A stretch of 64,000 nucleotides of DNA, from IMG/VR virus record IMGVR_UViG_3300027848_000016. One strand, written 5' to 3'. The notes beneath the pieces are model-generated. The model searched no databases. It was given only the letters and a program-made list of their open reading frames with translations, and was not told where the DNA came from. Shown here piece by piece: positions 1-9,849 of this stretch (the stretch's first letter is position 1; each line of letters opens with the position of its first letter). The stretch is from an uncultured virus (IMG/VR IMGVR_UViG_3300027848_000016). Lineage: Duplodnaviria; Heunggongvirae; Uroviricota; Caudoviricetes. Both the position numbers and the translations under genes were made by a program.

Positions 1-783
1 TGCCGGATCTGCTTCATCTGGGTTATTACCTGCTGGAGGTGTTGCTGCTGTTGCTGCTGGTGTTGCTGCTGGTGTTGCTGCTGGTGTTGCTGCTGGTGTT
101 GCTGCTGGTTCCGCTGCTGCTGGTCCACCTGATTTTGCTATCAGTGCTTTAATAGTGTTAGGACCAGTTTGTCCATCGGCTTTTAAACCGTTCGCCTTTT
201 GGAAATCTTGTACAGCTTTAAATACACCGTTACCGTATATACCATCAATTTTACCTGGATCAAACCCAGCACGTGATAATGCGGTTTGTACAGTTTTAAC
301 TTGATCCATTGGCTGCTTGCCGCCATCTTGGTAATCTTTCATCAAGTTAGCTGATGTGATTTGACCTAACTTAGCAGGTAAGTTACTAGTTTGTTGTCCA
401 GGACGTGCTGGTGGTGCTGTTGGGCCTCGACCACGCCGTTTGGGCGCTGCTGGTTCCGCTGCTGCTGGTTCCGCTGCTGCTGGGTTAATTTTTGCCAATG
501 TGCTGTTAAGTCTTTGTAACTCAGTGCCACTCATTTCAGCTCGTAAATCAGCAGTAAGATCTGCGTTTCTATACATAGTTTTATATACATCAGACACGCT
601 TTTAAATTCTTCAGGTGATTTAATCTGAGCCAATGCTTTCATTATAGCCTGTTCATCTGTTCCAAATGTTTTGCCAGAGCCTGCATTATAGAGGCCTTTT
701 GCTAATTCCTGTGCGGATGCCTCCAATAGTGTATATTCGCTATATAAATTTGTAATATTAATAAAATCTTTAATATCGCTCAT
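1..783 (-). CDS. Annexin-like repeat + peptidoglycan-binding (PG_binding_1-like) protein, 3' end outside window
   Basis: Not in ORF track; translated by hand from ATG at 783 and open to position 1. Reads MSDIKDF...AQELAKGLYNAGSGKTFGTDEQAIMKALAQ...YKTMYRNADLTADLRAEMSG (annexin-like), then VKTVQTALSRAGFDPGKIDGIYGNGVFKAVQDFQKANGLKADGQTGPNTIKAL (PG-binding), with Pro/Ala linkers. Start overlaps the stop of the upstream gene (780). Confidence 0.85.
   Translation of the reverse strand, partial: MSDIKDFINITNLYSEYTLLEASAQELAKGLYNAGSGKTFGTDEQAIMKALAQIKSPEEFKSVSDVYKTMYRNADLTADLRAEMSGTELQRLNSTLAKINPAAAEPAAAEPAAPKRRGRGPTAPPARPGQQTSNLPAKLGQITSANLMKDYQDGGKQPMDQVKTVQTALSRAGFDPGKIDGIYGNGVFKAVQDFQKANGLKADGQTGPNTIKALIAKSGGPAAAEPAATPAATPAATPAATPAATAATPPAGNNPDEADPA
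50..109. repeat. Tandem 12-bp repeat GTTGCTGCTGGT x5, encoding a PAAT linker on the minus strand
   Basis: Five exact copies read directly; related AAAEP-coding 15-mers at ~110-124 and ~450-484. Confidence 0.9.
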
Positions 784-1298
784 GATATTTCACCTTTCGG
801 TGCTGCTGCCATTGGGTCAATGTCGCGTTCTTTACGAGACATTTCTAATTCTTTTAACAAGCTCATTATACGTTCGCCGCCTACGTCTGCCTGTGCGCTT
901 TCACCGCCCATATCTTCAGTTGCTAAAAGTGCTTCATATGGCTTATTGTCTGCTGCTTCCTCTTGCTGAGCCTCAACAGGATCACCTTCGCCACGTACAA
1001 TAAGGTAACTATGCGGAATTCTGCAATTGTCAACTAGGTAATGTTCAAGTACGTGTGCAGTAACAGGATACTTTAATTCTGCTTCGTAATGTGTAACTTC
1101 CATATTTTGTAATCTTGGAAAGTCTGCAGGCTTTGCTGTAATTGGAGCTCTCTTGCCGGCGCTCAGTTTTATTACTTCGTACTTTGCTAAACTGGCCTTC
1201 ATACGATCTACAAATCCTTCGGGTACCTCGCCTGCTACTCGGATTTTAAATTTGTAAGTTTTTGTAGACTCGGTTAACAATTCTTTAAATGATTTCAT
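780..1298 (-). CDS. Hypothetical phage protein
   Basis: 172 aa ORF in same-strand operon, TAAATA motif upstream at 1321-1326. Confidence 0.75.
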   Translation of the reverse strand: MKSFKELLTESTKTYKFKIRVAGEVPEGFVDRMKASLAKYEVIKLSAGKRAPITAKPADFPRLQNMEVTHYEAELKYPVTAHVLEHYLVDNCRIPHSYLIVRGEGDPVEAQQEEAADNKPYEALLATEDMGGESAQADVGGERIMSLLKELEMSRKERDIDPMAAAPKGEIS

Positions 1299-1319
1299 GA
1301 CATGGGTTCCCTGTTATAC

Positions 1320-1817
1320 TTATTTATCCATGTTTTTAAGTTTTTCGAGTAAACTGTTGCGGTCTGTTACTACGTACCCGTCGCCATTTACTACGTCACC
1401 ATCTGGATTTGATTTTTGATCTATTGCTTGTTTTTTAAGTTGTAGCTCAACCATTTTTAATTTCTTATCTAGTTTAGCCACTTTAGCATCTAGACTAGTT
1501 TTAAGCATTCCGCCGGCTACTTCAAAAACTCTACTTGCATAACGGCTTTCTACGTTCATACCCAAGTCCATTAAGTCTTCGTATGAGGCCATTGCCTTAT
1601 CAGCAATTTCGTTAAGTTCGGTATCAGCCATTTCGCCTAAGCCTTTAACACTCGGTAATGCTGCTGCAATTTTATCAAATTCTGCAATATCGCGGAAAGT
1701 GTTATGCTGGTCTACTACAGCAACTTTTGCTCTACTCTTTTTTTCTTCTGCCTTTGCATCATCTACAATTTCTTTAGAGTCAGGCAAATTTAGTAATTCT
1801 TCAAGTTTTTTTGTCAT
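1320..1817 (-). CDS. Putative terminase small subunit (T4 gp16-like)
   Basis: Start taken at MTKKLEELL. Helical core ESRYASRVFEVAGGMLKT...KLKMVELQLKK and C-terminal VVTDRNSLLEKLK resemble the T4-like gp16 pattern; context next to gp4-like gene. Confidence 0.55.
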   Translation of the reverse strand: MTKKLEELLNLPDSKEIVDDAKAEEKKSRAKVAVVDQHNTFRDIAEFDKIAAALPSVKGLGEMADTELNEIADKAMASYEDLMDLGMNVESRYASRVFEVAGGMLKTSLDAKVAKLDKKLKMVELQLKKQAIDQKSNPDGDVVNGDGYVVTDRNSLLEKLKNMDK

Positions 1818-1855
1818 GCAGACTTTATCCTTAATATACACACTTATTTAGTATG

Positions 1856-2290
1856 TTATCGTCTACCGCCGTGAAAAATATCGTGTTCAGTTACTATGCG
1901 GAATTTTATACCGTTTTGTTTGCAATATGCATTTGCTGCTTCCCATTTAGCAGCGTTAACTACAGCGTGTAATTGATTGTGTCTACTCTTTCCTGCTTCT
2001 TTTAAACTAGTTTGATTTGAAGGTTTTACTTCAATAAGTTCGACAAACTGTTTACCAGTTTTATCTGCATACGCAATAAAGAAGTCTGGTACATAGATTG
2101 TGTGCTTGCCAGTTAACGGATTACGATATGGAATACGTATTGCTTCGCTTGCCCATTGTGTAACATTAGCATTTTCGTCACAAAATTTCATAAATGCAAA
2201 TTCCCAACCTGACCGATATGTTGGAACTTTGCCGCCTATATATTTTGCTGGATTTTTGCAGTTGAATTTACCTTGTGCAAACCTTGACAT
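1856..2290 (-). CDS. Head completion nuclease (T4 gp4-like, TnsA-type PD-(D/E)xK)
   Basis: YRSGWE..FM.FCD, WASE...IPY, Y.PDF, EVKP, N.AKWEAA motifs. Confidence 0.85.
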   Translation of the reverse strand: MSRFAQGKFNCKNPAKYIGGKVPTYRSGWEFAFMKFCDENANVTQWASEAIRIPYRNPLTGKHTIYVPDFFIAYADKTGKQFVELIEVKPSNQTSLKEAGKSRHNQLHAVVNAAKWEAANAYCKQNGIKFRIVTEHDIFHGGRR

Positions 2291-2291
2291 G

Positions 2292-2660
2292 TTATACCGC
2301 TATGTTTCGCTTTTCCAAAGTATTGGTATTTGTAGTATTTTTAAATCCAAGTACACTAGTACTCAATCTATTATAATTTAATACTTCTGCAACAACTGCA
2401 CTCAGTTTTGCTTCGTCAAAACCTTTAAGGGTATCTAATAGTACAAATACTTTAATATTGTCTAACTTTGCTTGTTGCAAAAGAATAGATCCAGTACTAA
2501 TAGCTGCTGACTTTTCAAAACCTCTTTTTTCAAAAAATGCAACAACTGCATCAACTTCATTAGATGCAAATTCTAGCTTTGCAGTAAAATACTTATCAAA
2601 GAATGAAGTTACACGTTTGTCATTTGTTTGTGTAGTAACTGGTAAGCTGCCGTTATTCAT
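2292..2660 (-). CDS. Hypothetical protein (tail/baseplate region)
   Basis: 122 aa ORF tightly packed in operon. Confidence 0.7.
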   Translation of the reverse strand: MNNGSLPVTTQTNDKRVTSFFDKYFTAKLEFASNEVDAVVAFFEKRGFEKSAAISTGSILLQQAKLDNIKVFVLLDTLKGFDEAKLSAVVAEVLNYNRLSTSVLGFKNTTNTNTLEKRNIAV

Positions 2661-3944
2661 TTATAATCCTAATTTTTTATCTAGTGCAGCCATGGCACTT
2701 GGATTGTTTTTAGTTGCGGCATACGCTGCTGCGCCCAGTGCAGCTGACCCACCACCTGCTGCTTGGAAATTTTTAATTGATTGACGTTGTCTTGCACTAT
2801 CTAATGCTGCGGCATTGGTTTTAAGAGCTTTTATTGAACTAGTTACAGCTGATGCAAGGCCAACACCTGCTGCCGCTAATAGTACATCTTTGCCGCCACC
2901 TTTTCCGCCGTTCTTTGGAAAGAAAGTCTGTGCTACACCACTAACATTAATTCCAGTTGCTTGACCAATTGCTCCTGTAAGAATATTAAATCCTTCTTGA
3001 CGTAATCCTTCTTTTGATAAATTTCTTATATTACCAATTAACTGAGCACCCTGTAATATACTAAGCAATGGATTATTATATGATTCGCCACTAGCAATAA
3101 ATTCATATAGGTCTAATGCGCTACCTATTGTGCCGCCTAACCCTAACTTGGCTCCACCTTCTAATGATATAGGACTAGGTGTCGTATCGTAATGATCTTG
3201 ACCAAATCCGACAGGATCGCCTTGCGGGCCTGTAGTAATACTGTTTTGGCTATAAAACACTGCCTCATATGCTACTTGTATACTGTTACTCATAGTGCCA
3301 GCGCCGTCGCTGTTGTTAACACTATCGTGACTCCAGCTAGTTAGTATTGGGTTTACTAATGTATATGTAGTGTACTCACCTCTAGCTAGTACACTTATTT
3401 TAATGCTTTTAAAGAAAGGTACTCCTGGATTGTTTACATCCATACCAAACTTATAATTATTACGAGAGCTACCTTGGTACGTACTGTGAGGTGCAACAGC
3501 ATATGCTCTACCAGAATCTTTTTGTTGATTACCGTCTGCAAAATAGTATCTATAATATGCTTGTAATAATGCAGTGGTAATGCCTTCATTGTCATCATGT
3601 AACTCAATGTTTACAGGTTCATAACTTATTGAAGTTTGTGCATTTTTTACTCTGTTATATTTTTTCTTAGTTTCTATTTGAACACTAAATTTAGGCAAGT
3701 CTGCACTTTTTACAAGCATACCTATTTCGTTTAACGTAGACCCCGTAAACAACTTAGGAGCAATTCCTTTTGCAACATCTGATACTTCAAACTGCACATG
3801 ATAAAGGAATTTAGTTTTTGGCGCAAGGGCCATATCTCTATCAGTATACAGCCGTGCAGCATGTTGCCAATCGGCCATATTGCCTTTGGGACTTAATATA
3901 CCGTTTGAAATTGAATCTAATAAACCGTTAAACTTATTTGCCAT
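2661..3944 (-). CDS. Tail-tube-like baseplate protein (gp19/gp48/gp54 fold family)
   Basis: LVKSADLPKFSV...YNR...ISYEPVNIELHDD motif parallels the tube protein; directly downstream of the tube gene. Confidence 0.6.
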   Translation of the reverse strand: MANKFNGLLDSISNGILSPKGNMADWQHAARLYTDRDMALAPKTKFLYHVQFEVSDVAKGIAPKLFTGSTLNEIGMLVKSADLPKFSVQIETKKKYNRVKNAQTSISYEPVNIELHDDNEGITTALLQAYYRYYFADGNQQKDSGRAYAVAPHSTYQGSSRNNYKFGMDVNNPGVPFFKSIKISVLARGEYTTYTLVNPILTSWSHDSVNNSDGAGTMSNSIQVAYEAVFYSQNSITTGPQGDPVGFGQDHYDTTPSPISLEGGAKLGLGGTIGSALDLYEFIASGESYNNPLLSILQGAQLIGNIRNLSKEGLRQEGFNILTGAIGQATGINVSGVAQTFFPKNGGKGGGKDVLLAAAGVGLASAVTSSIKALKTNAAALDSARQRQSIKNFQAAGGGSAALGAAAYAATKNNPSAMAALDKKLGL

Positions 3945-3985
3945 ACAAATATTTATCCTTTAGTATTAAGTACGTATATAAAGGT

Positions 3986-4008
3986 AAAGGGAGCCGAAGC
4001 TCCCTTTT
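3986..4008 (-). terminator. Rho-independent terminator after tail tube gene
   Basis: Minus strand AAAGGGAGC-TTCG-GCTCCCTTT hairpin with UUCG tetraloop. Confidence 0.8.
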
Positions 4009-4032
4009 GTTTTAGACTAAATGATAATAGTA

Positions 4033-4662
4033 TTAAACGCCGCCGCCTGTAACGGAAGTATTAACTGTACGTCCAACTGCTGTACCAATACCAGTACCGT
4101 TTGGTGATTGTAATGCGTTATCGTAACGGATGTTAAGTGTAACACTAACTGGATCAGTTGAGTTAGAATATGACAAACTGTTGTAGTTTGCACTTTCTAC
4201 ATAGCAACCGTAAAGTTCAAAAGTTTCAAGTACGTTTGGTGTGTTAGCACCGTTGCCGCCATCTAAGATTTCAATGCGTGTTACGAATTTATAATCTTGT
4301 CCTGATGCTGCACTTGATTGCTCGTAAAAGTCGAACTGCTTCTGTAGCTGCTCGCCAACAAGTTTTTGCACATTGTTGTTAACATCTTCACGTAAGTTAA
4401 GCGTAATTGGTTCCCATGTATGTTTACCTGCTAGGTATACTCTTGAGTTATATACGTCAATTGTCATTTGTTCAAAACTTACGTTAGGACGAGTTACGTC
4501 AATAACTTGTTTTGTAAGTTCTGTAGTCGGTGTTGATACACCAAAGTTTTCCAGTGACACTCTAAAGCGATACTGGAGTTTTGGCATCAATAGTCCCTGA
4601 CTACTAGCGGAATCTCCGCTAGCTAGGGGAACTGATATTTTTGATAATGTTGAAATAGCCAT
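4033..4662 (-). CDS. Tail tube protein (T4 gp19-like)
   Basis: PKLQYRFRV, RPNVSFE, YLAGKHTWEPITLNLRED, ETFELYGCY, LNIRYD; follows sheath gene. Confidence 0.85.
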   Translation of the reverse strand: MAISTLSKISVPLASGDSASSQGLLMPKLQYRFRVSLENFGVSTPTTELTKQVIDVTRPNVSFEQMTIDVYNSRVYLAGKHTWEPITLNLREDVNNNVQKLVGEQLQKQFDFYEQSSAASGQDYKFVTRIEILDGGNGANTPNVLETFELYGCYVESANYNSLSYSNSTDPVSVTLNIRYDNALQSPNGTGIGTAVGRTVNTSVTGGGV

Positions 4663-4695
4663 TTAGTCTGCTCCTGTTCTATAAGTATTTATCGT

Positions 4696-7600
4696 TTAAA
4701 GTCCGTTGATTTCGCCGGTGTTTTTCAAGCGTAATGGAATGTAGATAAATTCAACTGCTTTAACAGGTTCAATAGCTATGTCTAAGTATAGTTCATTTCT
4801 ATCAATTCTGCTTGGAGTATTATTTGACTCATCACAAACAACTAGGTAATCATAAAGACCACGTTGTCCAACTAATTCAAGTAATAAACTCTCTGCTGCT
4901 TGTTTAATCTCATTGCGAGTAATAGTATCATTTGGCTCAAAGATGTAAGGTTTAGCAAGCGTGTTTAGCTGACTACGTAAGTAGATAACCAGACGTGCTA
5001 CGTTAATACGATCTAATGCACTTGTACCTCTTGCACGAGTTTTCTGTCCAAAGTTAACAAGTCCGGCACCACTAATAAACGTAATTGGGTTTATGTTGTT
5101 GCTGTACAATGTATCGCGTTGACCTTCGTTTAGTGACACACTTTGGAATTCGCCTTCGCTTGTGATATAACCAGTTGAACTTGCGTTAGTAACTCCGCCG
5201 CGTCTTGTACCTGCTGGTGCAAACCATGGATAGCTAACCTGGTCGCTTAGTGCAACTGTTCTTAACATCATGTGCGAAGCTGGAACTACAACGTTGTTAC
5301 CAAAGTTGTCACTTGTAAATCCACATGGATAAAACACGCCTAGGTATTCATCGCGACTAACAAGACCATCATCGTTGTCTTCTACTGCTAGGTTAACGTT
5401 AGTTGCCCACTCGTTTAAGCTAGTAGCATCTGGTGTTAAACGGAATGGACTATCACCTAGGATAAATGCTGTTAAGCCTCTATCGTAGTTTAAGCTGATC
5501 ATTTCGCCGATTAGTTCTGAATAACCTGGGCAAGCCATTAAGTTGAACAAGCGTGATTCATCATCACGTATTTCGTCATTTGAGTTAACAACTGCTTGTA
5601 GAGCTTGTACAACAACTTTACGCTGTGCCTTGCGTCCAAAGCTACCTGCACCATTTTCTTGGTTACCTGATTCAGTAACCCAACGGTGCGGATAGTAACC
5701 TGACATCGGGTACTCGCCTGCATCACCTAAGCGTAGGTTGTCTGCATTTGTATCAATATAGTTGCGCTCAAAACGTTTTACGTTGAATCCACTTCTGCGT
5801 AAGTTCCATAGTAGCATACCTTTTGGATATAGTGCTGCTTGTGGTGCATCCGGGTCTAAGTAGTTGCTTACACGTAATTCAGCAATACTTGCGTCTGTCA
5901 TAACTTCAGTTGTTCCGCCGCTTACACTGTAACGTGCATCAGCAAATAGGATACCTTCTTCAGTAGTTTGATCGCTAGCATCTAGCGGTGATCCCCATTT
6001 TTGCGCTGTTGTACCTGCAACGTTATTGTTATAACGATAAATTGTTGGGTAGTTTTCTAAGTCAGCTGTACTAACCCATAGATCACCTGTTACTAGTGTG
6101 CTGCCATCTGATTGTACTAGTGGCATACTTGCTGCAACAATTGGACCTTCGGCATCTGCATCTGGAAACGCAGTTGCATCGTTATATCCAACCCATGTTG
6201 TACCGTTGTGATACATAACATCAACTTCGTCAACAATCGAGTTGTACCATAGTTGTCCGGCAGCTGCCAATGAGTTTGGTGCATTATCGCTTGGTGTATA
6301 CGTTAGTATGCGCCAGTTAGTTGCAGCAAATTGTTTTGGTGATGTGTCAACAGTTGTACCGTCTGCATATGCTAAGTTAACAGTGCTGTTTGATGCAGTT
6401 GCAATATACGGAGTAAATCCGATAGCGTTTAACAATCCGTTGGTGTCAACAAAGTTAATTTCGCCACCTAATGCATGTGTAATTACAACTTTATTTTGCG
6501 CATCAACTGTTGCACTTACGTTAGCAACACCTGCTGATGTAATTGCACTTGCAATTAATACTGCGTCGCCGCTTGCACTGCCTGTTGTTGCAGGCACAGT
6601 TACTGTTACTGGACTACCCATTGTTGCAACACCCGCAACAATTGTAACAACTGACATAGTGAATGTTTTAGTTGCTGATGAACTATTGCCTGGCGCTGCG
6701 CCCGTTATTGCTGCACTTCTTATAACAGTTGCACCACTTGCTTGTCTACGATAGATTGTAAATGTGCCCAATGGTTGAGCGTCTGCTGCAACGTTTGTTT
6801 TAGCAAACAATTCACCAACTGCTAGGTTTACGCCGCTGCCAGTACTGTCTAAACCGTACACTGCTGCTGCATTGTTGTCGTACATTGGTGTTGTTTTTTC
6901 GTCCCAAAGTAATGTCTCTGAATTCCAAAGTTTTACTTTTAAATTTCCGCCGCCATTTGGAGCAGTTGTTTTAACCCAAATACTACCTGTTGGGCGAGTA
7001 TATGTATCAGTAATTTTAAATTGTGGAACACTTGTATGTGCCGATACTTGTACTGCTGGTGGGTAATAAGTTCCTGAGCTAATGCCTAATAGTGCTAATT
7101 TAGCAGTATCGCCGCCAATGATGACTGGACCGCCACGTGTACTATCATCTGCACCTGAACTTTCACCAGTGCTATAAATTTCAAGGAATCCGTCTACTGC
7201 TGCTGATGTAATACCAACACTTGCTAAGAAGCTAGTAATTGAACTTGCAACGTCAGTAATTGTATTTGCACCAACTGAAATAGCAGTACCGTTGATTGTA
7301 ATATCAGCCGGTGGACTGCCAAGTGTAGGATTAGCTATAGTACTTTTAACAGTTGGCCAGCTTGCTGTCCAAGCATCACTGCCTACTTCAACCCATGCGC
7401 CTACTGCATTTTTAAACCAAGTGCGGTTTAATGTAGTAACTGCAACAATTGCATAGTCACCAATAGCACCAATACTAGCTAGTGGAGTATAATCTTCGTC
7501 TTCATAGTCAACTACTCCGTCTGTTGTTGTAATAACAATTGGAGTTTTAGTTGTAAACGTTTGACCACCAATTGTAGTAAATGCTGCACCGTTCCACTGT

Positions 7601-8040
7601 TGAATTCCGTATTTTGAATTTTCTGTATCGAACCAGTATGTATTTGCTAATGGATCTGCACTAGGAGCAGTTGCAGTTGGTGCTAATTCAGCTAAGTCGA
7701 TATCTGCACGTACGACCCATGCTCTGTTACTAACACCTAACAAACTGTAGGCTGCTTGTAAGCCGTATTCATTACGCTCGCCACCGTGAATTGGATTGTT
7801 GTTTGCATCAATTTGGAAAAGTGGATCACCAAATGTATCCGCTAAATCTCTTTGTGATGTAAGTAAGTAAGGTTTCCCTGCGTTAGCTTTTAATGTGCCC
7901 TGTGCAGTTCCTGTTCCAGCTGCATTAGTCTTATTACTTGCAGATGCAACAAAAACCATTGGTACTGTACCTGGTTCAGCCGGAGTGTAGAAACTCTCGT
8001 CAATTACGCTAACCTGTACGCCTGGTGATGTCAATGCCAT
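4696..8040 (-). CDS. Contractile tail sheath protein (T4 gp18-like), enlarged
   Basis: Start MALTSPGVQVSVIDES with GGAG RBS; C-terminal PWFAPAGTRRG, LYSNNINPI, FGQKT, DRINVARL, FEPND, CDESNNTP..ID.NEL, P.K..EFI. Confidence 0.95.
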   Translation of the reverse strand: MALTSPGVQVSVIDESFYTPAEPGTVPMVFVASASNKTNAAGTGTAQGTLKANAGKPYLLTSQRDLADTFGDPLFQIDANNNPIHGGERNEYGLQAAYSLLGVSNRAWVVRADIDLAELAPTATAPSADPLANTYWFDTENSKYGIQQWNGAAFTTIGGQTFTTKTPIVITTTDGVVDYEDEDYTPLASIGAIGDYAIVAVTTLNRTWFKNAVGAWVEVGSDAWTASWPTVKSTIANPTLGSPPADITINGTAISVGANTITDVASSITSFLASVGITSAAVDGFLEIYSTGESSGADDSTRGGPVIIGGDTAKLALLGISSGTYYPPAVQVSAHTSVPQFKITDTYTRPTGSIWVKTTAPNGGGNLKVKLWNSETLLWDEKTTPMYDNNAAAVYGLDSTGSGVNLAVGELFAKTNVAADAQPLGTFTIYRRQASGATVIRSAAITGAAPGNSSSATKTFTMSVVTIVAGVATMGSPVTVTVPATTGSASGDAVLIASAITSAGVANVSATVDAQNKVVITHALGGEINFVDTNGLLNAIGFTPYIATASNSTVNLAYADGTTVDTSPKQFAATNWRILTYTPSDNAPNSLAAAGQLWYNSIVDEVDVMYHNGTTWVGYNDATAFPDADAEGPIVAASMPLVQSDGSTLVTGDLWVSTADLENYPTIYRYNNNVAGTTAQKWGSPLDASDQTTEEGILFADARYSVSGGTTEVMTDASIAELRVSNYLDPDAPQAALYPKGMLLWNLRRSGFNVKRFERNYIDTNADNLRLGDAGEYPMSGYYPHRWVTESGNQENGAGSFGRKAQRKVVVQALQAVVNSNDEIRDDESRLFNLMACPGYSELIGEMISLNYDRGLTAFILGDSPFRLTPDATSLNEWATNVNLAVEDNDDGLVSRDEYLGVFYPCGFTSDNFGNNVVVPASHMMLRTVALSDQVSYPWFAPAGTRRGGVTNASSTGYITSEGEFQSVSLNEGQRDTLYSNNINPITFISGAGLVNFGQKTRARGTSALDRINVARLVIYLRSQLNTLAKPYIFEPNDTITRNEIKQAAESLLLELVGQRGLYDYLVVCDESNNTPSRIDRNELYLDIAIEPVKAVEFIYIPLRLKNTGEINGL

Positions 8041-8072
8041 ATCGTTTTCTCCTATTGGATTGTTATTGCTAG

Positions 8073-8078
8073 TATTTA
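8073..8078 (-). promoter_or_regulatory. T4-like late promoter core TAAATA upstream of sheath gene (representative copy)
   Basis: Same hexamer precedes many genes: minus strand at 1321, 1845, 3950, 4686, 9813, 14846, 17458, 19496, 26346, 43740, 54176, 57537, 60167; plus strand at 8138, 9839, 14895, 19570. The T4 late consensus is TATAAATA. Confidence 0.7.
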
Positions 8079-8147
8079 GCATACTACGATAAATTTATAC
8101 GAGTTATAGTGGTATAAAAGGGACCGAAAAGGTGAGGTAAATACAAT

Positions 8148-8483
8148 ATGAGACCATTATGCCAATGTAACCAACGTCCTGCGGCAATAAACTATCGTAA
8201 GGACGGAAAAATACACTATCGTAAGTTATGCGAGCGTTGCTTACGTAGCGGAGTTAATCACGGCGTACCTAAATGGAAGCAAGCTGGTTACGAAAAGAAA
8301 CCACTGTGCGAAAAATGTGGATTTAAATCAAAACACTCAGAGCAGTTTAATGTATTTCATATAGACGGCGAGTTAAACAACTGCCGTATTAGTAATCTTA
8401 AAACTATATGTGCTAACTGTCAACGCACTCTTCAAAAGGAAGGCGTTAAGTGGAAGCAGGGCGATTTAGTACCTGACTTCTAA
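8148..8483 (+). CDS. Zn-finger/HNH-like protein
   Basis: CxC, CxxC, CxxCG, FHIDG..NN....NL...CANC motif. Confidence 0.7.
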   Translation: MRPLCQCNQRPAAINYRKDGKIHYRKLCERCLRSGVNHGVPKWKQAGYEKKPLCEKCGFKSKHSEQFNVFHIDGELNNCRISNLKTICANCQRTLQKEGVKWKQGDLVPDF

Positions 8484-8484
8484 T

Positions 8485-8988
8485 TTAAGCGTCTAAGAAT
8501 TTCATTAACTGATCTATGTTAAACTGTAAGTCTTCCAAGGTGCCGTTATTATCAATAGTATAATCAGCCATCCACTGTTCTAAGCTCATTGAGTCTTTTG
8601 CTTCAAGTGGTAAGTAATCACTACGATCAACCCAGATAGCATAATCAAATACTTCGGTGTTACGCATAGCATGATATTCTTTTTTATTGCGTAGGCCGCA
8701 ATAGATATCATACGCATTAAACATTTCGCGTCCTAGACGCGCTGGGTCAGGAACATTATAAGCGCAGATAGCATCATACCATTCTGCTCTGTGATTATGC
8801 CTGTCAGCATAACACTCTTCCTCATTAGCATATCCATACTTTTCCTTTAAGTCGTTATAGATAAAACGTTTTGAACAAAATCTACTACTACTTTCAAAAC
8901 TGTAATTATACTTGTCACGCAGTATTTCGCATACAGTATCTTTGCCGTGACGTCCGTGACCGATAATTAGTAGTTTAAGTTTGTTCAT
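8485..8988 (-). CDS. Deoxynucleoside monophosphate kinase (T4 gp1-like P-loop)
   Basis: IIGHGRHGKDT P-loop; C-terminal D..IDNNGTLEDL. Confidence 0.7.
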   Translation of the reverse strand: MNKLKLLIIGHGRHGKDTVCEILRDKYNYSFESSSRFCSKRFIYNDLKEKYGYANEEECYADRHNHRAEWYDAICAYNVPDPARLGREMFNAYDIYCGLRNKKEYHAMRNTEVFDYAIWVDRSDYLPLEAKDSMSLEQWMADYTIDNNGTLEDLQFNIDQLMKFLDA

Positions 8989-9046
8989 ACAAATGATCCA
9001 ATGTTTCTATTAGTATAACAGAAATTAAAGCATTGTCAAGTAGTTT

Positions 9047-9796
9047 TTAACCTATTAAAAATCCGAATCCGGTGCCGCCGGCCATTGCCATAGCAACTTC
9101 ATTTTCAAGTTTATCCATTTCAGCTTGTGCTTCTGATTTTAAACTTGATCCGTTAAGACTAGTGCCGCCTTGTGGTCCTGCAATAGTAGCAAATTTTTCT
9201 CTTGCTTCTCCTAGCATATATTTGCAAGTTGCAAGAGTATAATCTTTAATCCACTGTTGTGCCATATAATCGTTTAGTAATTCTTCATCTGGACGATAAT
9301 TATAGCAATATAACATTAGAGTTTCATTTGCTCTAGGACGCTGAAGCATGGTAAGTTTTTTACTAGAACTATTCCATTTAAATTCAATAAAGCTACCAAA
9401 CATACGGCCTACTAGTTCTTGATATTGTGAAAACATATCATATGTTGCAAGACCGCCCATATTACTAGAACTTAGCAAGTAAGTATTTGTATACGCCATG
9501 TTAAACGGTTCAAACAAACTGCCGCCATCACCGCCGCCTGTACGAGCGCCAATGCTTCTACGGAATATTTGTCTTACTTCGATTACTTCTTGAGGCAGGA
9601 TGTATTCGTTTTGATCAAGTATAGTTGGCAGGAACAAATACGATTCTTCAACTGAATTATTGCTACGCTGTCTAAATCTAGTTAATGATTTTTTTAGTGC
9701 CGTTTCATAATGAATTGGATCGAGTTCAACATCGACCATACCTCCGCCTAGCAGCGTGTGTACGTAATCATATACTTCTTGTTTTGTTGTTGCCAT
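9047..9796 (-). CDS. Neck protein (T4 gp13-like head-tail adaptor)
   Basis: LGG.MVDVELD, WIKDY..A..K..LG....KF..I.GP.GG..LNG motifs. Confidence 0.85.
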   Translation of the reverse strand: MATTKQEVYDYVHTLLGGGMVDVELDPIHYETALKKSLTRFRQRSNNSVEESYLFLPTILDQNEYILPQEVIEVRQIFRRSIGARTGGGDGGSLFEPFNMAYTNTYLLSSSNMGGLATYDMFSQYQELVGRMFGSFIEFKWNSSSKKLTMLQRPRANETLMLYCYNYRPDEELLNDYMAQQWIKDYTLATCKYMLGEAREKFATIAGPQGGTSLNGSSLKSEAQAEMDKLENEVAMAMAGGTGFGFLIG

Positions 9797-9849
9797 TTTA
9801 ATGTCTCCCTAGTATTTATCGTTACAGTGGTAAGACGCTAAATATGTAT

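Noticed and set aside
41..124. Short tandem repeats as CRISPR array or origin iterons
   Set aside because: No spacers; unit lengths are multiples of 3 and encode a Pro/Ala/Thr linker in an open frame
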